Assembly (NCBI RefSeq): GCF_006345805.1
Contig: NC_043011.1
Span: 32,128,464-32,192,463 of the forward strand
Direction: 5' to 3'
Origin: Octopus sinensis
Taxonomy: Eukaryota
DNA: 64,000 bases
Under the pieces are notes generated by a model. That model did not search any database, was not told the DNA's origin, and saw only the letters and a program-made list of their open reading frames with translations. A program made the translations under genes and the position numbers. Shown here piece after piece: positions 25,341-39,265 of this stretch (position 1 is its first letter; every line of letters begins with the position of its first letter).

Positions 25341-26862
25341 TATATATATCATCATCATCATCATCATCGTTTAACGTCTGTTCTCCATGCTAGCATGGGT
25401 TGGATGGTTTGACCGGGGATCTGGGAAGCCAGAAGGCTGCACCAGGCTCCAGTCTTATCTGGCAATGTTTCTACAGCTGGATGCCCTTCCTAACGCCAAC
25501 CACTCCGTGAGTGTAGTGGGTGCTTTTTACGTGCCACCTGCACAGGTGCCAGGCGAGGCTGGCAACGGCAACGGTCGGATTGATGTATTTTATGTGCCAC
25601 CGGCACGGAAGCCAGTCGAGGCGGTGCTGGCATCGGCCACGAGTCGGATAGTGCTTTTTACGTACCACCAGACCAGGGATCCTGGCTGGTTCAATTCGAT
25701 TTCGATTTCGCTTGCCCCAACATGTCTTCATATATATATATATATATAATAATATATATATGTATATATATATCATGTATGTATAGTGTTGTATGGTTGT
25801 TCAGCATTGTGTATGTACATGTATTGTTTTTATCTGTCTGTTTGTCAGTCAGTTAATCAGTCATTCAAACACTCAGTCAAATATAGAAGCACATCTGTGT
25901 ACTGAATTAAAATTATTTATTTTCTATGTTGACTTCCACCCCTCCCCTTAATGCCATCATAATGGTGCAAGCATTGTTGTGTGTGTCAGTGTTCACTTTA
26001 GACGGTCCAATGATGGCTTAGCTGGCTGAATGTTCCAAGTCACTGTCAACAACATAAACCAAACATTATTGTTTATGTATATATATCATCATCATCATCA
26101 TCATTATTTAGCATCCGCTTTCCATGCTAGCATGGGTTGGCCGGTTCAACTGGGGTCTGGGAAACCAGAAGGCTGCACCAGGCCCAGTCTGATCTGGCAA
26201 TGTTTCTATGGCTGGATGCCCTCCCTAACGCCAACCACTCCGTGAGTGTAGTGGGTGCTTTTTACGTGCCAGTCGGGGCTGGCAAACGGCCACGATCGGA
26301 TGGTGCTTTTTACGTACCACCGGTACGGAGGCCCTTCGGAGTGGCGCTGGCAACGGCCACATTCGGATGGTTCGCTTACGTGCCACCGGCACTCTGGCAA
26401 CGACCACGTTCGAATGGTTCGCTTACGTGCCACAGGCACTGGTATCACAGCTACAATTTCCATTGATGTTGATCAATTTCGATTTTGATTTTGATATTTA
26501 CATATATATATATATATATATATATCACCTGAAGTAAAAGTATAATTCAAGAGGAAAAAAATTATATTCAGGTTGCACTGCGGCACATCTAGCATCATCA
26601 GTGTGCCACGACATACCGGTTGCGGAGCACTGATATATATTGTAGAACAGTGTTGTTGTCAGTGACTTAGAAGTTTCGGTTAGCTAAGCCATCATCGAAT
26701 GATGGTTTAGGTGGCCCTGGCCGAAAATTCACAGTCACTGTCAAGAACATTCTTGTGTAAGTAAGAATAGTAAATTTGTATTCTACAAAAGTATAGAGTA
26801 ACCCATCAGATTAATGTAAAATCGTTTTTATTATAGCTGAACATAAAAACAAACATTATTTG

Positions 26863-26929
<67 letters not shown>

Positions 26930-26996
26930 CATGCCACAACATACAGTCGGAAACTGGCCAGCTCTATGTCAAACTGTCAAACCCATGTCAATATGA

Positions 26997-27046
<50 letters not shown>

Positions 27047-28083
27047 TCATCATCATCATCGTTTAACTACAATTTCCAATTTCCATTTGTGTGTATGTAT
27101 ATACATCAGTACTGTTAATATACCAACTTCTTTGGGTAATTCCTTGCAGATACAATGCAATCATTTGCACACTAAGTGTCATATATGATGGCATATGGGG
27201 CTCACCTTTTTCTGAAAATGATGTTCCAAAAAAGATCACCTTGAGTTTTGTATGCTAAGTTGCCTTTATAATACAGGCTTTAAAGCACCAAATACTTTTT
27301 GTCCCTGGTGCATTTAATATGCCATCAAATATAGTAGGTCAAATGATAAGATAGATCGGTAGGTAGATAAGGAGAGAGAGAGAGAGAGAGAGAGCAAGAA
27401 AGGTGGAAGGGATTGGGTGTTGTAGGTAATGAGGTAATGAGTGAAATAGTAAAATAGAGTGAGTGTGATGGAAAGATAGATAGGTAGATAAATAGATTGC
27501 ATCAGAGTTTGTATGCGGCCATTCAGCCTACTAGCAATGTCTGTATGTATATGATATTATGAATATGTTCAAAGGTGCAGACGTGACTTTGTGGTAAGAA
27601 GTTTGCTTCCCGGCCATATAATTCCAGGTTCAGTCCCACTGCATGGCACCTTGGACAAGTGTCTTCTATTATACCCTTGGACCGACCTAAGCATTGTGAG
27701 TGGATTTGGTAGACAGATGATTGAAAGAAATCTATTCCTCCATTTTCTTATTTTGTATATATATATATATATATATATGTTCCCCCACCCCAGCCCTTAT
27801 TTTATTAGGACCAAAAGTCTAGTCTTATCTACATAAAAAATAAGAGAATGACAGAAGCAGAGGGAGATGTTAACTAGATTAAGGAACGAAGGGGTGGTCA
27901 AATATATTTAGATTATCAAATAAAAGGAGCTTAAGGTTGAAAACAAAAAGAGGCAAAAAACCTTAATGGTATTTGTTAAACTAACTTCAAGCTGGGTGGA
28001 CTTTACCAAACTGCCTTGGTGCCTCAATTTAAATACCTAATTCTACCAAAACTCAATTATTTCCTATATGTATATGTGTGTGT

Positions 28084-28149
<66 letters not shown>

Positions 28150-29059
28150 GTACACACACACAAACACACACACTTACATATCATATAACATACATATATT
28201 TGTTATACTCTCAGCCCTTGAGTCTCTTTGTTGCTTCTGCCAAATATTAATAGAAATGTACATATACTCATATGGCTCAGTGTCTTGAGATCAGCCTTTG
28301 GAGTTGCATAGCTTAGTAGTTAGGGTGTTGGACTCATGATCAGAAGATTGTGGTTTCAATTCCTGGACCGGGCGACACGTGTTCTTGAGCAAAACACCTC
28401 ATTTCACTTTGCTCCAGTCCACTCAGCTGGCAGAAATGTGTAACCCTGTGATGGACCAGTGTCCCATCCAGGTGGGGAGTATATATGACATGGGAATCAG
28501 GGAACCTGCCCTTTGAGATTATATGACTCAGAAAGGATTTTTATCATTGTGCACAGATATGGCTGTGTGGTTAAGAAGCCTGCTTCCTGACCATGTGGTC
28601 AATTCCACTGTGCAGCCCCTTGGGCAAGTGTCTTCTACTAGAGCTCCAGGCTGAACAAGGCCTTGAGAGTAGATCTGGCAGATAGAAACTGAAAGAAGCT
28701 TGTGTGAGAGTGTGTGTGTATATATCTGTGTGTTTGTGTGTGTATGTACACTTGTCTTGATGTCATGCGATGATTGTAAATGAGCATCGCCATTATACAA
28801 GCGATGTCTGTTTCCTGTCTTCCATGGCGAAATATTACTTAACCTGGAAACAAGTGAGGTTTGGTGACAGCAAGAGCATCGGGCCGTAGAGAATAATCTG
28901 CCTCAACAAATTTCTTCTGACCCATGCAAGCATCGGAATGTGGATGTTAAATGATGATAGTGAAGTACCAGAATATGTACTAAATTAATGTTATATACCA
29001 AACCCTATACCAATCCTATATACACTGTCATTAAAAGAGATACACACACAAACATATGC

Positions 29060-29102
<43 letters not shown>

Positions 29103-29991
29103 TACACACATACGAACATGCATGTACACATATACACATACACGCACACATACCTACTTACACATACAAGCATACACACACGCACACATGGTTTATATCT
29201 TCTTTTCACTTTTCCCTTCTTTTTTCCCATTCTACATCCTATTCCAAAGAATTATGGCCAGTGTCATAATCAACACTTTCTATTTCTTTGCGTATTAAAC
29301 TGATAATTTTGATTGTGAACTTATCCCGTCCTGGTTTCTTTCTTTCTTTTTTTTTACCACACACGCACACACACACACAATGTCGGAGCATATCTATGAA
29401 TATCATTGACATTTATTCAAGTCACTTTATTGGACTGCTTCAATTACATCCGTGGATTATTGGAGTAATTTGATAGTTTTGTTCGCTGTTAAGTGGCCTA
29501 GATATAATTACAACTGTCCAGTACATATTAGTCAGGCATATTTACACTGCTGACCATTAGTTAAAACAGTGTTGTCCTTCTCCTCCTTCTTTTCAGTGTC
29601 TTCTTCATCATCATCATCACCATTATTGCTATACAGGTCTCCGCTATGCAACATATTCAGCTGTCATGCTCTGTTTCATCTTGCAGACTTTTATACTAAT
29701 CAGTTTTGCCTGCACTGATCATCTCTAGTTTCTTTAGATTATACATCATCATCATCATCATCATCATGCTCTTTGACTCTTTTACTTGTTTCGGTCATTT
29801 GACTGCGGCCATGCTGGAGCACCGCCTTTAGTCAAGCAAATTGACCCCAGGACTTATTCTTTGTAAGCCTAGTACTTATTCTATCAGTCTCTTTTGCCGA
29901 ACCGCTAAGTTACAGGGACGTAAACATACCAGCATCGGTTGTCAAGCGATGTTGGGTGGACAAACACAGACACATAAACATATACACACAC

Positions 29992-30058
<67 letters not shown>

Positions 30059-30249
30059 CATACATACACACACACACACATATATACAACGGGCTTTTTT
30101 CAGTTTCTGTCTACCAAATCCACTCACAAGGCTTTGGTCAGCCCGAGGATATAGTAGAAGACACTTGCCCAAGGTGCCACACAGTGGGACTGAACCTGGA
30201 ACCATATGGTTCATAAGCAAGCTACTTACTACACAGTCACTCCTACATC

Positions 30250-30717
30250 TGTGATCACTTTTGCTGATTGTTCTCCCTCAGATGCTTCAAAACATTGCAG
30301 TAGAACTCTCAATTTATGGTTTGGCCCTGGGGGATAAACTCTCAATGCACAGTACCACATTTCCAGGGGTGATGCTCGTGACGAGTCTTCCAGATTGCTT
30401 ATTGTCTTCCAGGATCGTCCTTCCACTTTTGAAGCACCCGTGCCACTTGAAACATTGTTGACGACTCGTCACTGTAAGCTTGTCAAAGCATGGTCAATGT
30501 CTCTGTAGCAGACTTCCCAAGTTTAATGCCAAATTTCACGTTGGCTCTTTGTTCCTGTCCGTTACCAAAATCAGACCACAGCATACATGTGATCACAAAA
30601 GCACAAATTTCACAACATGCAGAGTAAACACAGTGATGTCACACAACACACTGCCCCATGAAGGTTGCTGCCAGCTCTCACAGAACTAATGCAGGAACTT
30701 TTTAATACCACTTTGTA
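30250..30717 (-). mobile_element. Mariner remnant: left terminal inverted repeat (TIR) plus N-terminal HTH
   Basis: TIR-like TACAAAGTGGTATTAAAAAGTTCC; reads QEQRANVKFGIKLGKSATETLTML*QAY...QCFKWHGCFKSGRTILED...SGR. Confidence 0.85.
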
Positions 30718-30926
30718 TTTGTTAGTATTCCAAGATTTTATATTAAAGGATGCAGGCTCAAATCTCATATTTCCCTAATTTTTCATTCTTGTATCCCTAC
30801 ATTATTCAAATATACAGATGCATTCTGTATTCAATCCTAGCTTAACTGTCAGTCAATAATAATGTTGTAATACTGTTAGTTGTAATTATGTTATGCTGGT
30901 AGTGAAAGCTTGGTTTTGTTTCAGTG

Positions 30927-31154
30927 TTAACCCTTTTATTACCAACCCGGCTGAAACCGGTTCTAGCTCTGAGTACAAATGTCTTGTTTTCATAAGTTTT
31001 GAATTAAAATCTTCCACCAAACGTTAGTCACAATTTATGTTCCTGTCACTAGCTTAATGATAACTAAGTTATTTTACTAAATTCTTTGTTATATTTAAAG
31101 TAATTGAAAGAAACACAGAGAATCTCAAAATAAATACAGTAATGAAAGGGTTAA
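30927..31154. mobile_element. piggyBac-like TTAA MITE, family P2 (also 37259-37440, 40478-40707, 55476-55704)
   Basis: TTAA-CCCTTT ... AAAGGG-TTAA termini and a shared body containing ACCAACCCGGCTGAAAC. Confidence 0.8.
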
Positions 31155-31257
31155 ATATTAGGGCAAATTAATTATTTCTTTTTACACTGACATTTTGATA
31201 TATAATCTTTGACCATATGATTTGTTTTATTTATATAAGCTTTGGTTCTCATTTCAG

Positions 31258-32692
31258 GGCGTTTCAATGTTGTTTTGGGTTGCTAAGATGCAGGATAATC
31301 ATCAAAATCCACAGCAACATTTATCTATGAATGAAAACGCATCTGATTCTTCAGATGATGCAAGTGGCACAGACAATCCTGATGATTTACCCCACAGCAA
31401 TGTTACTGCCACTTCAATTACTATAAAAGGGGCAAGACCTAAAGTTTACTCATCTCTTTTAACGTTAAGTAAGTCCAAGTCAGCACGTTTCAGTCAGAAA
31501 GCTGATGAAGGGCAAGATAATGCTTGTCAGGAAAACACCTCTGTAGACTTAAATTTTTCTTCCTTGACTACGTCAAGCAGCTTTCTGTCGAACCGTCATT
31601 CCATTTTACCAGATATAAAACCTTTAAATTCTATTCAAGAGAATCCTTGCGACCAAGATGAACCTTTGCAAAGATGGAAAAATGCAGGAAAGGCCTTACG
31701 TAAAGCTTTATCGTCTTCAACTTCATCTTTCGCTGTGTCATCTCCCTTAACTAGTTACGTCAATCAGACATTTCACTTTTCAACACAAACCTTGCCATTG
31801 AAAGGTAAGGGGGCAATGAGAAACAGTCGCTACCATTTGGCAAGAAGAAATTTAATGGATAATGATTCGATTGCCGTTTGTGAAACATCTAAGCTTCTAA
31901 ATGATATGCCTATACCTTCTCCTATTCTGTCTACAAATAAAATGCCCTTATTGTCGACAGTAGACTCTGCTAATGTCGATATAAATATAGATAACCAAGC
32001 AGAATTATTAAAAAATTCTGTTGCTATTTCACTGCCCAAACCAACGCCTTATACTAAACACCAAAAAGATGATAATTGTTCAAAATCTGAAAATGAAATT
32101 GATCTAAAGACTGACAGTTGCATGCTTGAACGAAGCCCTGGAATGTTTAATTTACGTGCAGATGATTGTGACCTAACCCAAACCACAGACCACAATAACT
32201 CAAACTGCATGTTGTCTTCTTCCCACACAGACTTAAATCTAAGTCGTTATCAGAAACAAATTATTTCTTACCCTCATCAGCTGAAGACTACATCGGCTCC
32301 TTTTACAGCCGTCACCAAAATATCAACGTCGCCTGTATGTTCCTTCGAAGACAGTTCACATAGTATTCAAGCTCAGACCTTTAAAATGCTGGAATGTAGG
32401 CTGAGCCGTCTCATAAGTAGTGATGATAAAAGCTTCTTTGAATTGTCCAGTAGTGATTCAGACATAACCGATTGTAGTTCAATATTCGAAGATGATTACA
32501 TACGGAATTCTTCACATCAGCAATACCGGGGAACTGCTCAAAACGAGGAACAAGAACCGAAGAAACAGAAACGAAAATCTCAGACTTTAAGAAAGCACCG
32601 CAATGGAGAAACTGCTTGTTCATCTGATTCCATACACGAAGGAACTAAAAATTACTTACGACAGAAGAAGAAAATGAAAGGTGGATTAGAAG
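31258..32692 (+). CDS. PJA2: Coding exon 1 (large, Ser-rich, low complexity)
   Basis: Acceptor ctcatttcAG at 31256-57; open 493-codon frame; in-frame ATGs at 31267 and 31288; donor GTaaaa at 32693 (phase 1). An upstream coding exon cannot be excluded. Confidence 0.85.
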
Positions 32693-35600
32693 GTAAAATC
32701 TGAATGTGTTTGTTGTTACCTGTATCGTTATTGAATTCTCACATTATCATTATTATTTCATTATTTTATTTGGTTTCGAAGATTCTTGATGTGAACTTAT
32801 GTGTTGGAATATATTTTGTCGAATCTCAGAATGGTTTTGTGCTAATAATAAACACATGTTCAGATTCTATATTGATGAAGTCAGGAATAGTGACTGAAGG
32901 ACTTTGACAAGCCTAGCTGATTGATTGATTGATTGATTGACTGAAAGGTTATATCAATTGATTAGTTAAGTAGTTATCTAGTTAACCAACTGATAAATGA
33001 AAATAAAGAAGTAAAATAGAACTTGTGCATGTGTTTGTTATTGACATAATGACCCTCCCGAGTTACAACAAACATTATTATTATTATTATGATTATTATT
33101 TAATAATAATATTAATAATAATTATTATTATTATAAGGCAATGAGCTTGCAGATTCGTTAGCACACTGGGCGAAATGCTTAGTGATATTTCATTTGTCGC
33201 TACATTCTGGGTTCATTCTGGGTTCATCCTTTCAGGGTCAATAAATTAAGTACCAGTGAAACACTGGAGTTGCTGTAATCAACCAGTTCCCTTCCCCAAA
33301 ATTTCAGGCCTTGTGTCTTGAACAGAAAGGACTATTATTATTATTATTATTATTATTGTATTTTAGAAAAGGATTGAAGTAACTCTTCACAAAGGTAAAC
33401 AGTCAAGACGAGCACGATTCGATTGTAAAATATTTTATTTGTTGAACGATATTTCAACAGTACGTCTGTCTTTGTCACTTCATATTTTGAACTTGACAAA
33501 GACAGACGTACTGTTGAAATATCATTCAACTAATAAAATATCTTACGATCGAATCACGCTCTTCATCTTGACTATTATTATTATTATTATTATTGAGTGA
33601 GAGAGCAATGTATGCCATCAAAGTGACACTGGGGTACAAATATACAAAGCCCAGTATACCCATCTGATAAGGGTACATCAGGCACATGCATCACAACCAT
33701 ATGTGCATGAAATGGTGACCTTGTATCAAGATAAACTGCACATGACCTTGCAGGTGGGACCCTGTTAGAATTTTCTTCGGGTTGAGTAGCCTATCCTGCT
33801 CAAAAGGTCCCTGAATGAAGGTTGTTTAAGGATGATGAACAAAACACCCATATTTCCAGAGGTGAATTATTCAAACCCACCAAAATTCCTCTCAACACTT
33901 GGCTTTGATGCTTCCCCACTGCTCGTGATCAAAGATGCACATATTGTCAGCCACTAAGGGACATGCTCGATTGGTTTAGGTCAAGCAAATCTGGTATTGA
34001 GCAGAATATTTGCTGAAGCCCATCTTTTATACCAAGACAAAACAATGTACATGATAACACTTCCAGTCAGTTAAGATCAGAAGCCATCAGAGCCACTGTC
34101 TGGTACTGCATCAGGGCATTCGCCGTCGTCTCCGCCACCGCCGTTGAACGATGATGATGATGATGATCAGGGCATTCATCGTTGTCGCCGCTGCCATTAA
34201 ACGATGACGACGACGATTTAACATCTCCTTTCCATGCTGGCATGGGTTGGACAGTTTGACTGAAACTGGAGAGCTGTGCCCAGTTCCAGTCTGATTTGGC
34301 ATGCCCTTCCTAATGCCAACCACTCCAAGAGTGTGCTTTTTACATGCCAGTTACATGACCCTGACATCAGCTACAACTACGATCTCACTTGGCTTGGCAA
34401 GTCTTCTCAAGCACAGCATATAGCCATTATATACATATATACTCACTATTCTATAAGAGTCTTCAAATGCATATGGAACCAAAAGTACTCCTCTGTACAT
34501 GCACACACACGCAGTCACTCACACACTCAGTATAGTTGCATTTTCTACAAATACCTAGCCATTAGTTTTATTCTTTTGAAATAAATCTACGTTATTTATT
34601 CATCTTCAAACTGTAACCACTTCTATGATTTTGAATTGATTTTAAGTTATATATGTTGTTGTTAGAAGATATAACCACTGGTTAAATGAGTAACACTTAG
34701 GTTTTCTTTCTTCTTCAGAAACAGTTGAAAATGTACCATTAATAGCCGGTGGCTGCTTAGCTGCGTTACATTCTAATGTACCCTGTTTGGGTTTGAGTCA
34801 CTCGAGTGAAACTGATTCAGACGCCGCAGCAAAAACTGTGACTCCTCACTGGAGGTTACGGAAACGTTCTGGAATTGTATCTAAACGACATGAAAATACA
34901 ACAGAAAATAACTCGAAGGACAATGAAGAATTCAAGTTGCCACCATTGCCTTCAAAACAAGGTGCAAAAGGGAATCGGAGATACATGAGAAACAGTGCTC
35001 CTGTTAAGGAACGGTTGGGCAACTGTAACCCCACCGATCCTGTATTGGGTAATTTACAGAGCTCTCGGCCGTCGCTTGTTAATTACAGCAGTTCAAGCAG
35101 CTTGGACATTTTAAATGTTTGTGATCCTGACCAAGCTCTACCTCCATCTTGGAACATTGTTGATAGTTTAAACACAGAGGCAGATAAAGCAAGCAAAGCT
35201 TTGCCAACCGGGGGAGTCGCCGAAGACTTCAATAGCTGTGACCAAGAGAAAAACACAGAAAAGTCACAGATACGAACTTGGCCTTTATTAGACGATTTAT
35301 ATAGTTATTCCAATGAAAACGTTTCCAGTTTAATTAATGTGGGTTGCAGTCAAAACGATGTACATTGTTCGGATGAGGATGATTATACAGGACTCAATCA
35401 AGCACATTGTGCTTGTAATAAATGCAAACCATCTACCTGGGATTTCTGGGATTTACCCCCCAGTGAGTCAACATTAATTGACATTGCAATCGATGCTGAC
35501 TGCCATAGCGAAGTAAGTACCTTAATAGAATCATTCTGAAACTAATCTGCTTACGTATTGCACAGAAATCCAGAATTTGTTTTTTATTTTATTGTCCCCA

Positions 35601-38600
35601 AGTGTTTTTTTTTGTCAGAAGTGTTTTTTTTTGTCAGAAGTGCTTTTGTTTTTTAATTATTGTACAGAAGTCCAGAAATTGATTTTTTTTTCATATTGTC
35701 CAGAAGTTAGTTCATGCACATCTTATGGACTAATTATTATGTTTCTGATTTGAGAGTGACAAGGGAGTGTCTATGCAGCCTGGGCAGAATAAGTATGACA
35801 AGGTATTTTGTTTGACGCACTAGTTAATCAGAAATTTCATGATAAAGCATATATCTTTCACCAGTACACATGCTCTATGTTATATATTTTAATAATTACC
35901 GATATTTTTATATATTATATATGTAAAGCATAATATGTTATACATGTATGTATATTGTTATAATTGTCCTTTTAGTAAATAAATTGACATAATATAATGT
36001 CTAAAAGTTGATGAATACCACCTATTGATCCCCTCCATTTTCTTATTGCTCTCTTTCTCTCTCTCTATATATATACACATACATGTATATACATGTATAC
36101 ACATATATGTACACACATGCACACATGAGCTACAAGTGGAATTGTCCTCACTTGTCCTGTCAACAAATCACCACTCATTTTGCACCTTTGAAGGGATGTG
36201 AAGTAAGAGATCCCTATTGCTGCTATGTAGTTTTATTTCCTAATTGAAGATATTTTATTTCACTTACAACCCCGGCACTCTGCTGGTTACAACGCCAAGG
36301 GTTCCAATTGAACAGCCTGCTCATGAAATTAACATGCGTGTGGCTGAGCACTCCACAGACACGTGTACTCACCGTAGTTCTCAGGAAAATTCAGCATGAC
36401 ACAGAGTGTGACAAGGCTGGCCCTTTTGAAATACAAATACTACTCATTTTTGACAACTGAGTGGACTGGAGCAGCATCAAATAAAGTATCTTGCTCAAGG
36501 ACACAATGCATCGCCAGAGATTGAACTCAGCACCTTAGAATCATGAGCCGAATACCCATAACTACTGCGCCATGTACTTTCACTCTTACAACACTAATGT
36601 TCTTAGGAAAGGCATGAACATTACATGCCTACTCAAATATATATCTATAATTTATTTTACTTTTGTTATATTTATGCTGGTTAAATGTGTCTACAAATTT
36701 AAGAATTTTGTTTCAACTATTGCAATAATTAGAGACTTGTTTTTTTTTGTGTATGTGTGTGTAAACCAATTAGAGTAGAACACATTTTTAATTAGGTAAA
36801 TTGTGGCATACGGCCACATTTTACTAAGTCTATACAGTGGTAAGAAACTCTTAGGAGAGCTGAACAACAGAAGGTCTTCAGAGAGAAGAAAACCCCTTCA
36901 GGTAAGCCCTTAACATCTTACACTCTAAGGTGTGGGCCAGGCCTAGGTGTTCTTCTGCTGACATTTTTCAGCTACTTGGATATCAGAGATTTATTGTGCA
37001 TTCAAACTGTAGGGGCTGGGGTAAGTAAAAGCCATTTTGTGTCCTGTCACTGGAAACGCTGTGATCTTCATAGTCTAGTTTACTTAGCTGTGGATTTTTG
37101 TTTTTATTGTCCAGTTTGGACAGGGGTAGTGAATTGATTCCTTACAGGGAATCTGAAATTAGTTGAAGGGAGGTATTTTCGGATAGTAGACTTAATCCCT
37201 AATGCATGCTGCTGAGTTGGACTCCAGTAAAAATAGTGGTGTGAAATCATGTGAAGGATTAACCCTTTTGTTACAGTATTTCTGTTTAGCGAAATAACTT
37301 CGTTATCATTAAGCTAGTGTTTGCGACATAAATTGTAACAAAGGTTTGGTGGAAGATTTTACTTCAGAACTTTTGAAAGCAAGACATTTGTACTACAGAG
37401 CCAGAGGTGGTTTCAGCCGGGTTGATATCGAAAGGATTAAGCATGATGAGGAGTTTATAATTCATTTGGTGAAGTCATTTTGTCAAGTTTGTAGCACTGC
37501 CATTGAATCTTTTTAATAAGCCCAGAAAATGTCACAGTAAACCCCCTCTTTCAGGGTATTCTCACTCTCACAACAAGACTAGTTGATGAATTGAAATAGT
37601 CAAATCATCGAGTGTGATATTAAATCTAAAACTAAGGCAAGAAGTCTCAAGGTCTGTCTCAGGTCTCAGTATCAGCTTGAACCAGGTACAGCAATAGTTG
37701 CAAAGATTCACCTACCACACTTCTTGTAATAAACTTTTGCTCCAGCCAACTAAAGGTTTTATTCATTCATTCATTTATTTATTTGTTTTATATTATTTTT
37801 TTTTTTGTTTTTTTCCCCTGTGTTAATTGTACCTGTTGTGGTTTTTCCCGTTGCAGTCTGATACGCATTCAGATCTCGAGAGAGACTCTGACAGTGCCGA
37901 CGCTGATGATGAGTTTGAGTGTGACTGCATCCATTGTTTACAGATGAGGGAAGTACTCGGTCACCGACACAACTCTGAGGGAGCAAGCTTTGACAGAGGT
38001 GACTCTGATCTCACAACTACAACAGCAGCAATCGTTGCCAACAGCAGCTCACTGCCCTACACTATGTCCACTTCGTCGTCGCTCCAGTTTGCTACGAGAC
38101 TGTCAACACCTTTAAACCAAGACCATAACCACTGGTAAATTTGCCACTTTCTTGATTTTCCATCTTTGTTTCATAGCATAGCAGCTTCATAGGATTGACT
38201 TACTGTGTCACATAGGTAGTTATATGTATGTCATCACCATCATCATCACCATCAAGGACGGATCGATAAAAATGTTTTCATTGGTGCAGGAGTGACTATG
38301 TGGTAAGAAGCTTACTTTCCAGCCAAATGGTACTGGGTTCAGTCCCACTGTGTGGCACCTTGGGCAAGTATGTTCTACTATAGCCTTGGGCCAACCAAAG
38401 CCTTGTGAGTAGATTTGGTAGACGGAAACATATATATATAAACGATGATGATGATGATATATATGTATTTGTGTTTGTGTGTTTGTCTCCCCACCATCCC
38501 TTGACAACCGGTGTTGGTGTGTTTATGTTCCCATAACTTAGCGGCTTGGCAAAAGAGACTGAACAAATCGACCCCAGGACTTATTCTTTGTAAGCCTAGT

Positions 38601-38733
38601 ACTTATTCTATCAATCTCTTTTGCTGAACTGCTAAGGTATGGGGATGTAAACACACCAACATTAGTTGACAAGCAATGGTAGGGAGACAAACATAGACAC
38701 ACAAATACATGCATGCATACATACACACACACA

Positions 38734-38764
<31 letters not shown>

Positions 38765-39234
38765 CATACATACATACAATGGGCTTCTTATAGTTTCCAT
38801 CTACCAAATCCACTTTCAAGGCTTTGGTCGGCCCGAGGTTATAGTAGAAGACATTTGCCTATGGTGCCATGCAGTGGGACTGAACCTGGAACCACGTGGT
38901 TGGGAAGTGAGCTTCTTACCACACAGCCACTCCTGCACTTCACTCAGTCTTCACCATGCATTTATTTTTCTCAGATACTTGATTTTTCTTTCTAATGAAT
39001 ATCGTTATATTGAATACAGTTCATACTTTACTTTTTACTTACTTTTTTACTTGTTTCAGTCATTTGACTGCGGCCATGCTGGAGCACCGCCTTTAGTCGA
39101 GCAAATCGACCCCGGGACTTATTCTTTGTAAGCCCAGTACTTATTCTATCGGTCTCTTTTGCCGAACCGCTAAGTGACGGGGATGTAAGCATACCAGCAT
39201 CGGTTGTCAAGCAATGCTAGGGGGACAAACACAG

Positions 39235-39265
<31 letters not shown>

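Noticed and set aside
31222-31257. ORF start MFYLYKLWFSFQ and the single-exon stop at 32703
   Set aside because: The start is intronic sequence upstream of the acceptor (TTG start), and the stop lies past the donor at 32693; the spliced model explains both.
35595-35705. Extra exons at repeated poly-T-GTCAG acceptors in intron 2
   Set aside because: This is a short tandem repeat of about 19 bp with no open, phase-compatible exon and donor.
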